Assembly (NCBI GenBank): GCA_013375475.1
Contig: JABXKD010000068.1
Location: 1 to 20,947, forward strand
From: Promethearchaeota archaeon
GTDB taxonomy: Archaea > Asgardarchaeota > Lokiarchaeia > Sigyniarchaeales > SOKP01
DNA: 20,947 nucleotides
Direction: 5' to 3'
Shown here one piece after another: positions 9,764 through 18,403 of this stretch. Position 1 is the stretch's first letter. Each line of letters begins with the position of its first letter. The position numbers were made by a program, and so were the translations under genes. The notes under the pieces were generated by a model. It made no database searches. It was given only the letters and a program-made list of their open reading frames with translations, and was not told where the DNA came from.

Positions 9764-10762
9764 TTAATCTTCTTCTTCGTCCCATCCTAAATCTTTTAGG
9801 ACGGATTCAAAGGCTTCTGATTCTTTATCTAAAATAAATTCAGTATCGTATTCTGAAGCGGGTTCTCCAAACTCTACATTAAAATCGGGGGGAGGAAGGT
9901 CTTCTAATGAGGGTACTCCATCTTGAGGAAGAATTTGTTCTGGAGATGGTTGTTCTTGGACGATTTGAGGTTCTTGAATACTCTCGTCTTCTTCAATTTC
10001 CATAGGAGTGTAATCATCAAGGGGGATCGGAGGAATTTCATCATCGTAAACTTTAAATTGTGCTTCAGTACTTTCAGATGTTGCGGTAACTTGGGCAGGA
10101 ATCTCTCTGCTCTCGATTGTATGTTCCATTTGTTTTTCGTATTCTAATCCAATCGATTTAGGAATCGATACAATATTATTTTCATTTGTAGCTTCAATTT
10201 CCTCAATTTCAGCACCATCTTTTTCCCAATCGTCTAAAAATCCTAGCAAATCATCTAAGGCAGCTTTGTCTTCTTTTAGGCTAGGTTTAATGATTTCAGA
10301 TACTTCCTCTTCTTCTTGTTCTTTTTTTAGTTTAATTCTTTCAGACTCTTCTAAAGAAAGGGTCATATTAGTTATTTCGTCCCCAGATATTAAAATATTT
10401 AACTTTTTAGCTAATTCACGCAAATATCCGAGATAATAACCTATTCGATATACATTCTTCAGACCACCAAATACGAGATATTCGTCGTTAATTGCTAAAA
10501 TAATACTATAACCGGAAGTATTGTGAAGGATAATTTCTGTTAAAGCGCCATGAGCTGTTGCTTCGCTTAATCTTAATCCTAAATCAATTAGCGCAGTACT
10601 AGAAGCTGATGTTGCATCTGCGTCAAGTTCAGATGAAAAAGCAGAAGCAACTTTCATACCTACCCTAGATAATACCGCTAGATTTTCTAAATCTGTTCTG
10701 TCTTCTTCGAACTTTAAAATTTTCATCATATTATCTCGTATATCTTGCACCAGGGACGACAT
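9764..10762 (-). CDS. Roadblock/LC7 (MglB-like) domain protein with long acidic, Pro-containing C-terminal tail
   Basis: aa ~1-125 show the Roadblock pattern (helix; AVLSRVGMKVAS; DADATSASSTAL helix; LTEIIL..GYSIILAI..YLV strands; final helix). The remaining ~200 aa are D/E-rich. Confidence 0.8.
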   Translation of the reverse strand: MSSLVQDIRDNMMKILKFEEDRTDLENLAVLSRVGMKVASAFSSELDADATSASSTALIDLGLRLSEATAHGALTEIILHNTSGYSIILAINDEYLVFGGLKNVYRIGYYLGYLRELAKKLNILISGDEITNMTLSLEESERIKLKKEQEEEEVSEIIKPSLKEDKAALDDLLGFLDDWEKDGAEIEEIEATNENNIVSIPKSIGLEYEKQMEHTIESREIPAQVTATSESTEAQFKVYDDEIPPIPLDDYTPMEIEEDESIQEPQIVQEQPSPEQILPQDGVPSLEDLPPPDFNVEFGEPASEYDTEFILDKESEAFESVLKDLGWDEEED

Positions 10763-10869
10763 ATCAAATCAGATTCCTTTTTGGGTTAAAGATTATTAAA
10801 AATCATTAATTTTTATATTCTTTTAATTTATATCATAAAATCTAGATTAATATATTTTATCATAATTCC

Positions 10870-11601
10870 TTACACAAAATCATTCAAATTCTTCTGCGTA
10901 GATGGAGTGCTATCGAATTTATCGAAGGAAAATCCAGATATATCTGAAATTATTCGTTTAATTTCATCTACTACTTCTTCCGAAGTTAAACTATCTGTAT
11001 CGATTGTAAATACTTTTCTAGTTTTATTTTCAGAATAAAGAAATTGATTATAGTAGGAGAGTATCTCTAACAAATATTTCTTATCTTCCTCGTTCCATTC
11101 ATGTCTAATTTTATCAATAGAACCTCTTTGGACGATTCTTTTTAAAATCGTATCTGGTTGAGCTGTAAGATAAATAATATAATCTTCTTTCCATTTTACC
11201 GACTTATACATATCATGTATAAGATTATAGTCCTTTTCTTTAAGATAAAGACTTTTTGAGTAAACTAAGACACAGAGAGGCGTTCTATCTAAGATGATAA
11301 CCCTACCATTATAGAGATTGTCAAAATTTGTTATATTTTTATTTCTTTTTATTAACTGTTGAAGGAAATGAATTTCACTCCGGAAAGCAATTTGTTTATT
11401 TTCAGATCCAAAAGGAAAAGGAGGAATTTTTTTGTAACGTTCGGGAAAAAATTTAAATTTATTATTATCCCCTAAGTTACTTTTTAAAAGATTAAATACG
11501 GTTGTTTTACCGACACCATGTGCTCCAGCAATAGATATAATGATATTATCTTTGCTTCCCTTATTGGTATAATATGTTTTACCCAATATCTCTTTCTCCA
11601 C
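10870..11601 (-). CDS. Deoxynucleoside kinase / thymidylate kinase family P-loop kinase
   Basis: ISIAGAHGVGKTT P-loop, FFPE, ILDRT motif, IIYLTA..DTILKRIVQRG lid. GTG start. Confidence 0.8.
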   Translation of the reverse strand: MEKEILGKTYYTNKGSKDNIIISIAGAHGVGKTTVFNLLKSNLGDNNKFKFFPERYKKIPPFPFGSENKQIAFRSEIHFLQQLIKRNKNITNFDNLYNGRVIILDRTPLCVLVYSKSLYLKEKDYNLIHDMYKSVKWKEDYIIYLTAQPDTILKRIVQRGSIDKIRHEWNEEDKKYLLEILSYYNQFLYSENKTRKVFTIDTDSLTSEEVVDEIKRIISDISGFSFDKFDSTPSTQKNLNDFV

Positions 11602-11720
11602 GCTGTTTAAATCGTATCGTATTTAAAAGAACATGTGTTGCTAATAATACCACTAGAGATATTTGATTTTTCTTATTATTAAATTTATATGTTAAAGGAT
11701 AATGAAAATTAATCTGAAAA

Positions 11721-12839
11721 CTAGAAATAAACAATTAAGATAATTATGACAATGTTATAGGCTACATTGGCGATGATTGTACTTAGTAGATTGTTATTAA
11801 TTTCATAAAGGACACCTAAAAACAAAAACACCATGAAATTCGGAATAAAGAAATAAATGCCGGTTGGTAGCGTAAAGAAGAGGAAAAGAGCCGAATAAAT
11901 CAAAGCAACGATAACAATAGCTGAAGTCTTTCCGAGGACATCATTATCGAAGCGTGCTTTTAAAGCGTTATGTAAGACACCCCTAAAAGCGATTTCAATT
12001 GAGATTGCTGAAAGACTCATAAGTGCTATAAGTAATACTATAAAAAGTAAATTTGTATTTTGAAGTATTAGATATTCCTCTGCTAAATAAGCATTTACAT
12101 CAAAGAAATCTATGCCCGAATTGTATATAAAAGTTATTATCATAGATGAAAAGTTATCGATTAAGATCAATCCTACGCTCCCAATAATTCCGATAATCAA
12201 AGCAATTATAAGGTATCTGTTATTTAACGATAAACTTAATTTTTGGGATTGATGTTTTTTTGAAATGATATAATATAGGGGGTAAACTCCAAAAATTATT
12301 TCAGGAAGCTGACTTAAGAGGATTGTTGTAATATTCAAATCTACTGTTTCTATTGGCCCTAATTGTAAAGTTAATAACATACTTATGATTAAACGAATCG
12401 AAACATAAGCCACTAAGGCGTTAGCGAATACACCTATACCTTCTCTAAAATTCCATTTGTTTCTTTTTAAGATAAACCTTTGTTCTGGTACCAGCTTTTT
12501 ATTTGTAAATACATAACCGGTTTTTTCTTGAGATTTTTTATCTTGAACAATACCGGTTTTTCCTGGAATTTTTTCTAATTTGGTATCGCATATAGGACAT
12601 TGCTCTAATACTGAGGAAGTTATTATAGATCCACATCCCGAACATTTTCGCGATATTGTTGTTTTCTTATGAATTTCGGGTTTCATTGTTTGTTTTTGGA
12701 GACTTTCTTTACTTGGTTTGATATTTATCACTAATTTTCCACATTTAGGATTAGGACAATAAGCAGCATTATCTTCGATTGTAGTGCCACAATACACGCA
12801 AAATTTTGTTATCTGTTGTTTATCATTTTCTTTTGACAT
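11721..12839 (-). CDS. Zinc-ribbon-containing CPBP-like membrane protein with degenerate catalytic motifs
   Basis: N-terminal CVYC..CPNPKC and CSGC..CPIC ribbons, then a multi-TM CPBP-like region (IEIAFRGVL, FLGVLYE, IIANVAYN). ATG at 12839 (preceded by GAGG) is preferred over TTG at 12848. Confidence 0.75.
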   Translation of the reverse strand: MSKENDKQQITKFCVYCGTTIEDNAAYCPNPKCGKLVINIKPSKESLQKQTMKPEIHKKTTISRKCSGCGSIITSSVLEQCPICDTKLEKIPGKTGIVQDKKSQEKTGYVFTNKKLVPEQRFILKRNKWNFREGIGVFANALVAYVSIRLIISMLLTLQLGPIETVDLNITTILLSQLPEIIFGVYPLYYIISKKHQSQKLSLSLNNRYLIIALIIGIIGSVGLILIDNFSSMIITFIYNSGIDFFDVNAYLAEEYLILQNTNLLFIVLLIALMSLSAISIEIAFRGVLHNALKARFDNDVLGKTSAIVIVALIYSALFLFFTLPTGIYFFIPNFMVFLFLGVLYEINNNLLSTIIANVAYNIVIIILIVYF

Positions 12840-12997
12840 TATCCTCAATACATAAGAAATTTATTTGGGCTTAAAGGTATTTAGTTAAGTATGTCATATT
12901 AAAATTATATATTTTATTGTTATTTTATGCAAGCAAAATGATAAATTGACAGTTGGTGAATTACTTGTATATTTAGCAATTGTTTAGTTTAATTTTA

Positions 12998-14254
12998 TTA
13001 AGAGGAATTTTCTCTACCACGTTTTATTAACATTTTCGTTCTTGAGTAAAGTTCCACGAGTATTAAATTATGATAGAAGCAAATCGAATCAAAATATCCC
13101 TCTCCTAAATCAGATTGATTAGCATAAACTAAACCAAGTTGAGCATTTAACGCAGATTTCATGAGTAATTCAGTTCCTTTATAAATCAAATTCGGGCTCC
13201 AAGTCCCACGTTCAGGATTAGCCCACCAAGTAGTATCGGAGCATATGCCTCTCTCATAAAACCATCTGGCTGTTTCATAATGTCTCTCTATCTCCCAATC
13301 TTTTTTCAAATCAATCTGTTCTAGTAAGTTCATTAAATTGTTTAAACTCCTAATAATTTTCCAAACCAGTGAATGAATGCGATTATCGGGGTGATCCCAT
13401 AACGGATATGGAATACTTAACTTCATATCCTCATGAGTCGTACTCCAACTCGATTCTTTTGGGATTATTTTTTCCTTATGAATAGGAAAATACTTAACTA
13501 AATTAGAGATAAACTCAATTTTGATTTCCTCTTGATCGTTAATAAGATCAAAAGCTTTACTTAAAAAAGTCCTCTCAAATTTTTTTATGTGATGTCCAAA
13601 AGTTTCTGAATCCATTGCTGTTATAAAATATTGGTCCTCTTTTTTTTCATGTTTTCTTTCCATAAAAGTTGTGTTTAATTGTTCAACAAACTCTTTTGCC
13701 GTGATATCGTTAAATGCAATTTTGTTACTTAAAATATCGTCTCTAAAGAATAGTAGTAAACCATTTGGGGAAGTATAGATTTCATCGTATGGCCACTCGT
13801 TAGGACAAGCTATACCACTCATTATTACCCATTTATAGCCTTTAGTTCGTATAAATTTCGCAACTTGAGAACTGATTGATAATTCGGGAGGGAAAAATCC
13901 AGTTTTTTTCCATTGTGGAAATTCTTCTCTAACGATGTCTTCATTGAGCTCAATCTGATTTTCAACTTCATTTTGAGGGATAAGTGGAAGGATAGGGTGG
14001 AATTTTGCTGTTCCAATAATCTCAATTTTATTACTAAAAACTAGGTTTTTCAATAATTCAATCGTATCACTCAAATCAAATTCTTTCAACATATCGATTA
14101 GAACTGCATTAATGTTTAGACTAATTTTAACATTATCATACTCTTCTAGCATTCTAAATAACGGTTTATAGCATTCTTTATCTATCTGCCGTAATACACT
14201 ACTCTCCTGAAAACTAGGCTGATACATATGCAATAAAGGAGCCCAATATATCAT
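12998..14254 (-). CDS. Glycoside hydrolase family 57 (alpha-amylase / amylopullulanase-type)
   Basis: GH57 conserved regions HMYQP, HPILP, FFPPEL (nucleophile E), AMDSETFGHH (acid/base D) and SDTTWW. Confidence 0.92.
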   Translation of the reverse strand: MIYWAPLLHMYQPSFQESSVLRQIDKECYKPLFRMLEEYDNVKISLNINAVLIDMLKEFDLSDTIELLKNLVFSNKIEIIGTAKFHPILPLIPQNEVENQIELNEDIVREEFPQWKKTGFFPPELSISSQVAKFIRTKGYKWVIMSGIACPNEWPYDEIYTSPNGLLLFFRDDILSNKIAFNDITAKEFVEQLNTTFMERKHEKKEDQYFITAMDSETFGHHIKKFERTFLSKAFDLINDQEEIKIEFISNLVKYFPIHKEKIIPKESSWSTTHEDMKLSIPYPLWDHPDNRIHSLVWKIIRSLNNLMNLLEQIDLKKDWEIERHYETARWFYERGICSDTTWWANPERGTWSPNLIYKGTELLMKSALNAQLGLVYANQSDLGEGYFDSICFYHNLILVELYSRTKMLIKRGRENSS

Positions 14255-14315
14255 TTTAATATTCGACCTTTAACGATTTTATTATATTCATCTATTACAC
14301 ATTTATAATTTTTAG

Positions 14316-15881
14316 CTAGTTGGGTTTAATTAACTTCAAAGCATTCTGACGAGAGACGCACGACGAGCATTTCCCACAAGGCTCTTCAAAATCTCCATAA
14401 CAACTCCATGTAACATCAATAGGAACATTTAATTTACTCGCTAATTCAAACACTTCAACCTTTGTTTTGTTAGATAAAGGCATTATAAATTTTATAGCCT
14501 GTAAATCTTGATCGTGATTAGAGATTTTAATTATCTTTTCTAACGATTCAAAAAAAGATAACCCAATATCTGGAAATTTTTTAATATCATCTTGAATGTG
14601 CCCCCCGATAATAATATTACATCCATAAACTTTAGCAAAATATGCAGCAATAGAGTAAAATATTAAATTCTTTAAAGGTATAAAGCCTTCAGGAGCATTT
14701 TCAGCCGAAGGAATTGGGTAACCCTCGAACCTTAAATCTACGGCGCTCATTATATAGGGTACAGATACTTCGACTAAAGGAACTCCTGTCAATTCAACAA
14801 GTTTTTTAGTAGCTTTTATTTCGTTTTTTGATCTCCACTTGTAGTTCATAGATAGTGCAATAATGTCATATTTTTTATTTATAGCCCAATATAGAGCTGT
14901 CGCGGAGTCTATACCTCCGGATAACATCAAAATTATTCTATTATGTTGATTTTTTATATTGGATAGTAATTTTGATTTAACTGCTTTATTAATTGCATCT
15001 GCGATTGGAGATAGTGTAAAATCTAATGCTTCTGCAGTTATTTTACCATCAGTAATGATATCACATTTCATTACATCTACCATTTCTTTACATATTTCTA
15101 ACTTTGCAGGTGCAGAATCATAAGAGATATATTCATACAATGGAGGAGGTATATTCAATCCTATAACTTTGATAGAATGCCACACCATCTCTATTAAACG
15201 TTTCATATTTAAAGTTTCTAAACCAACTAAGTTATAGATTTTATTATCTACTCCTTTTCCCAGCGAAGCATTTAAAAAAGCTGTTACTGCATCTCTTACA
15301 TATATTGGTTGCATTGGAACTTCACCATTTCCTGCAATGTATATTTTACCGTTATAAACCTGTTCAATGAGCTCTGGTATTAGCTCATCATTTGGACCCA
15401 GAATATAAGACGGACGAAAAATAACATAGGAAACTTTACTCTTAATTAATAATTTTTCTGCCTTATTCTTAGAATAGAAATAATTGTTATTCGCCCATTC
15501 CTTCTCTCCATATTTATCGACTCCAAGACCCGAAGGGTAAATTATTCTAGAAATCCCAACATTTTCTGCGGCTTCAATAATTTTTTTTAATCCTTCAATA
15601 TTTACACTTTCAAACAGTGCCTTGCTTCCACAAACAATATTCGCAAAATGTATAACTGCTTTACATCCTTTAAATGCTGTTTCTAAGTCTTCTAATTTAA
15701 AATTTTTAATTAAAAAGACTTCAACTCCATCCATTGTAACAGATTCAATGACTTCCCTTCTCCTGATAATAGCGTTTACTGAAATGCCTCTCTCTAACGC
15801 TGTTTTAATGGTTTGCATTCCAAGATATCCATTTGCACCTGTAATTGCAATTTTTATTTTTTCTGTCATTCCTTTGATCAT
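14316..15881 (-). CDS. queC: Fusion: NAD(P)-binding extended/atypical SDR (epimerase/dehydratase-like) + 7-cyano-7-deazaguanine synthase QueC
   Basis: aa ~1-305: ITGANGYLG, YFYSK (YxxxK), FRPSYILG, QPIYVRD. aa ~314-521: LSGGIDSAT PP-loop, FIPLKN, FPD, K..V..LA..L.VP, TWSCY-x5-PCGKCSSC Zn site. One uninterrupted ORF, divergent from queD. Confidence 0.88.
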   Translation of the reverse strand: MIKGMTEKIKIAITGANGYLGMQTIKTALERGISVNAIIRRREVIESVTMDGVEVFLIKNFKLEDLETAFKGCKAVIHFANIVCGSKALFESVNIEGLKKIIEAAENVGISRIIYPSGLGVDKYGEKEWANNNYFYSKNKAEKLLIKSKVSYVIFRPSYILGPNDELIPELIEQVYNGKIYIAGNGEVPMQPIYVRDAVTAFLNASLGKGVDNKIYNLVGLETLNMKRLIEMVWHSIKVIGLNIPPPLYEYISYDSAPAKLEICKEMVDVMKCDIITDGKITAEALDFTLSPIADAINKAVKSKLLSNIKNQHNRIILMLSGGIDSATALYWAINKKYDIIALSMNYKWRSKNEIKATKKLVELTGVPLVEVSVPYIMSAVDLRFEGYPIPSAENAPEGFIPLKNLIFYSIAAYFAKVYGCNIIIGGHIQDDIKKFPDIGLSFFESLEKIIKISNHDQDLQAIKFIMPLSNKTKVEVFELASKLNVPIDVTWSCYGDFEEPCGKCSSCVSRQNALKLIKPN

Positions 15882-16008
15882 TATTTCTGGAATAAATTTA
15901 TATTTAGAGGGTATAAATTAAAAAATAGTGAATAATCTAAAACTTAAATTTTATGATTTTTAAGCGTAAATTATTTAAATTTTATAAAGAAATTGAAATC
16001 AGAAGAGT
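15882..16008. promoter_or_regulatory. Putative bidirectional archaeal promoter region for SDR-queC and queD
   Basis: 127-bp divergent intergenic region. TTTATAAA at 15981-15988 lies ~25 bp before the queD ATG. Minus-strand TTTATA at 15917-15912 lies ~30-35 bp before the fusion ATG. The AT-rich background limits specificity. Confidence 0.4.
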
Positions 16009-16470
16009 ATGAGTTATAAAGTTATTGTTAATGCAACTCTAGCAAAGTTTAGCGCCTCCCATTTTTTAAAAGAGCCCTTTCAATGCTCAAGACTACATGG
16101 GCATAATTACTATATATCTGTAGAAGTAGAGGCTTCACTAGACGAGAACTATATTGTTGTAGATTTCATCGAATTAAAAGAAAAAATAAAAATTATAGCA
16201 CAATCGTTAGATCATCGAGTTCTAATTCCTGAATTGTCTAGTGATCTAGCAATTTCTGAAACTTCAGAATCGATCGAAGTTGTAACTAATACAAATAAAC
16301 GTTACGTCTTCCCTAAAATAGATGTAATTTTATTACCTTTACCTGCTACTACTAGTGAACTACTCGCGAAATTTGTTCACGATAAAATAAAAGAAATTTA
16401 TCCTAACAAGAGAATTACAATAAAACTAGAAGAAACTAAGAATACTATTGCCGTTTATAAAAGTAATTAA
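16009..16470 (+). CDS. queD: 6-carboxy-5,6,7,8-tetrahydropterin synthase QueD / PTPS family (long form)
   Basis: FSASH, CSRLHGHNY (catalytic Cys and Zn His), VVDF, LDH, TTSELLA, EET. Confidence 0.92.
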   Translation: MSYKVIVNATLAKFSASHFLKEPFQCSRLHGHNYYISVEVEASLDENYIVVDFIELKEKIKIIAQSLDHRVLIPELSSDLAISETSESIEVVTNTNKRYVFPKIDVILLPLPATTSELLAKFVHDKIKEIYPNKRITIKLEETKNTIAVYKSN

Positions 16471-16485
16471 ATATATTATTAAAGC

Positions 16486-17589
16486 CTATTTTTCAACAAT
16501 GGTTTCCTTAATTTTTGTACCAAAATGAGTTGCACCAGGACCAATATGAACTAAAACCTTGTCTCCAACCTTAATATCTACAATAGAAACCGGCTCGCCA
16601 TCAGAATTAACTAATCGAATCGTTTCTGCATTTTGTCCGATATAATTTATCTTTATCTTATTCCCTTGCTGATCAATTTCTAATTCTAATCTTAACATAG
16701 GGCGAGTTTCTATCTTAACTCTTCCCACGGTAATGCTTTTTGCCTCACCATTAGCATTTACAACCAAAACTCGGTCTCCCCCTTTCAATTCGCTTAAATA
16801 TTTCGTTCGATATATTTCGTCTTCACTATCACTTGGAACCAAAATATATGCTGAAACATCCCCAGCGTTTACTCTGAAGGGTCTTGAGGAAACAAATTGG
16901 GTTTCGAATACTTCAGCATGTACTAAAATAAACCCTTTTGCAGTGCTTCCGACAAGCATCCCCTCACCAACGCTCAATAACGACGTAGTATCGACGCACA
17001 CTCTTTCGCTTTCAGAAATATTTTGAACATTGATAACTTTTGCTCTTGTTAATTCAATATTATAGCCATTTCCCAGTAATTTTTTCAATTCTATAATGTC
17101 ATTGGCTTCTTTAGGGGTAATTAAAATTCCATCTGTGCCGATCTCAAGGGTTTTTAGCATTAATTCTGCTTCTATTAGGTTCTCAACCGAAGCAATTAGT
17201 TCTGTATCATTAGTATGCATATTTGCGATAAGATTCTCGAAGGGTATTATTTTCCAATCTTTCGCTGATACGATTATAAAATCAACTTCATTTTTTTTGG
17301 AAATCTCTATTGCTTTTTGTTCGTCCGATTTAACCTTTATCTCTAAAAGAATACCTTTATTTGCTCCTAAATTTTTACTGACTTCAAGATGTTCAAGATT
17401 TTTAAAGATTAAATTTTTAACGGGCAGCTCGGTATCTTTTGTAAATATATTAATACGCTCAACCTGTTTTAATTCGGAATAAGTATCTTTAGAGAGTAAA
17501 AAATTAAGAAGATTCATGTTCAAAGCTTCCTGTACTAAAGCTTTAAAATTATCTGTTTTTTTCTCGAAATTCAGAATTATTTTTTTCAT
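16486..17589 (-). CDS. aroB': 3-dehydroquinate synthase II (archaeal-type)
   Basis: DWKIIPFENLIA, LEIGTDG, RVCVDT, GEGMLVGS, RPFRVNAG, YLSEL, VGRVKIETRP, QNAETIRL, HFG...ETIVEK. Confidence 0.95.
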   Translation of the reverse strand: MKKIILNFEKKTDNFKALVQEALNMNLLNFLLSKDTYSELKQVERINIFTKDTELPVKNLIFKNLEHLEVSKNLGANKGILLEIKVKSDEQKAIEISKKNEVDFIIVSAKDWKIIPFENLIANMHTNDTELIASVENLIEAELMLKTLEIGTDGILITPKEANDIIELKKLLGNGYNIELTRAKVINVQNISESERVCVDTTSLLSVGEGMLVGSTAKGFILVHAEVFETQFVSSRPFRVNAGDVSAYILVPSDSEDEIYRTKYLSELKGGDRVLVVNANGEAKSITVGRVKIETRPMLRLELEIDQQGNKIKINYIGQNAETIRLVNSDGEPVSIVDIKVGDKVLVHIGPGATHFGTKIKETIVEK

Positions 17590-17728
17590 TTTATAATCAT
17601 CAAAGTTTGGACTCTGAAAGTTTTATTGATAGGAATCATTATACTAAATTAAATTCTATCAAATTTTTAAGTAAATAAAATCATAATAATTATAAAAGAG
17701 ACACTATAAAATTTCGAGTGATTAGAAA
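17590..17728. promoter_or_regulatory. Divergent promoter region (aroB' / ESCRT-III) with TATA-like box and SD-like element
   Basis: TTATAAAA at 17690-17697 and GAGTGA at 17716-17721, upstream of the GTG at 17729. Confidence 0.35.
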
Positions 17729-18388
17729 GTGTGTGCGAAACTAAAAGGGAAACTTTTTCCCAGAAAAAATAAAGAAAAAGAAGACCTTGTTATTAAAGCA
17801 AAGGCTCATATTAGAAAAATCGCGTTAGCAAATAAAACATATAACAAAAGAGCAGAGATCGCTAGAAAAAACGCGAAAATAGCTATCAAGAGAGGAGAGC
17901 GTAACAGAGCTAAGAATTATTTGATTCAGCATAAACAATACCAGATGAAAGTAGATCGTGCAAACAATATTCGTGCTAAAATAGAACGTCAACTAGAAGC
18001 GATTCAGGAGGGATCTATGATATCCATGACAGGAGACTTAATGGGTGGGATTAGAGACGAGCTAAAAGGTATTGCAACTAACGTCGCCCCCGAAAAGATC
18101 GCAGAAATCGCAGAGGACTCAGAATTATATGTGTCAGAAATAGAGGAATCTGCCGAAATTCTTGCGGGAGATCCTGAAATTGATTTAGCAATTGATGTCA
18201 CAGACGAATTAAACCAACTTGAAACGGAAATGCTGTTAGAACAAGGAGGACAAATGCCAGAAGTACCAGATGATGATCTTGCTTACATTTCAGAATTTGA
18301 CGACATAGAAGAAGAACCTGAATTAAGAACAAAAGCAAAACTAGAAGACGAGATAGATAAATTAAGAAAAGAGTTAGAAGGTAGCTAA
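17729..18388 (+). CDS. ESCRT-III (Snf7-family) protein
   Basis: 219 aa with a basic helical N-half (AKIAIKRGERNRAKNYL..HKQY) and an acidic C-half, helix-5-like DVTDELNQLETE, MIM2-like MPEVP and terminal MIM1-like LEDEIDKLRKEL. Confidence 0.85.
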   Translation: MCAKLKGKLFPRKNKEKEDLVIKAKAHIRKIALANKTYNKRAEIARKNAKIAIKRGERNRAKNYLIQHKQYQMKVDRANNIRAKIERQLEAIQEGSMISMTGDLMGGIRDELKGIATNVAPEKIAEIAEDSELYVSEIEESAEILAGDPEIDLAIDVTDELNQLETEMLLEQGGQMPEVPDDDLAYISEFDDIEEEPELRTKAKLEDEIDKLRKELEGS

Positions 18389-18403
18389 TAATAAGTAGGC
18401 ATC

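Noticed and set aside
7122-10147. Short ORFs 7122-7337, 8546-8734, 9251-9460 and 9923-10147
   Set aside because: All lie fully inside well-supported genes (pus10, MFS, Roadblock) in antisense or alternative frames and have no recognisable features.
11605-11625. Short tandem ATCGT repeat (atcgtatcgtat) upstream of the kinase gene
   Set aside because: Only two units, which is expected by chance.
14316-16470. queC/queD as a DNA-modification or defence island (dpd, Qat, CBASS type IV)
   Set aside because: No dpdA/TGT-like, QatABD, cyclase or mobile-element genes are nearby, and the context is housekeeping.
13825-18201. Short ORFs 13825-14025, 15622-15921, 16733-17026, 17096-17482 and 18004-18201
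   Set aside because: Shadow ORFs overlapping GH57, SDR-QueC, aroB' and ESCRT-III.
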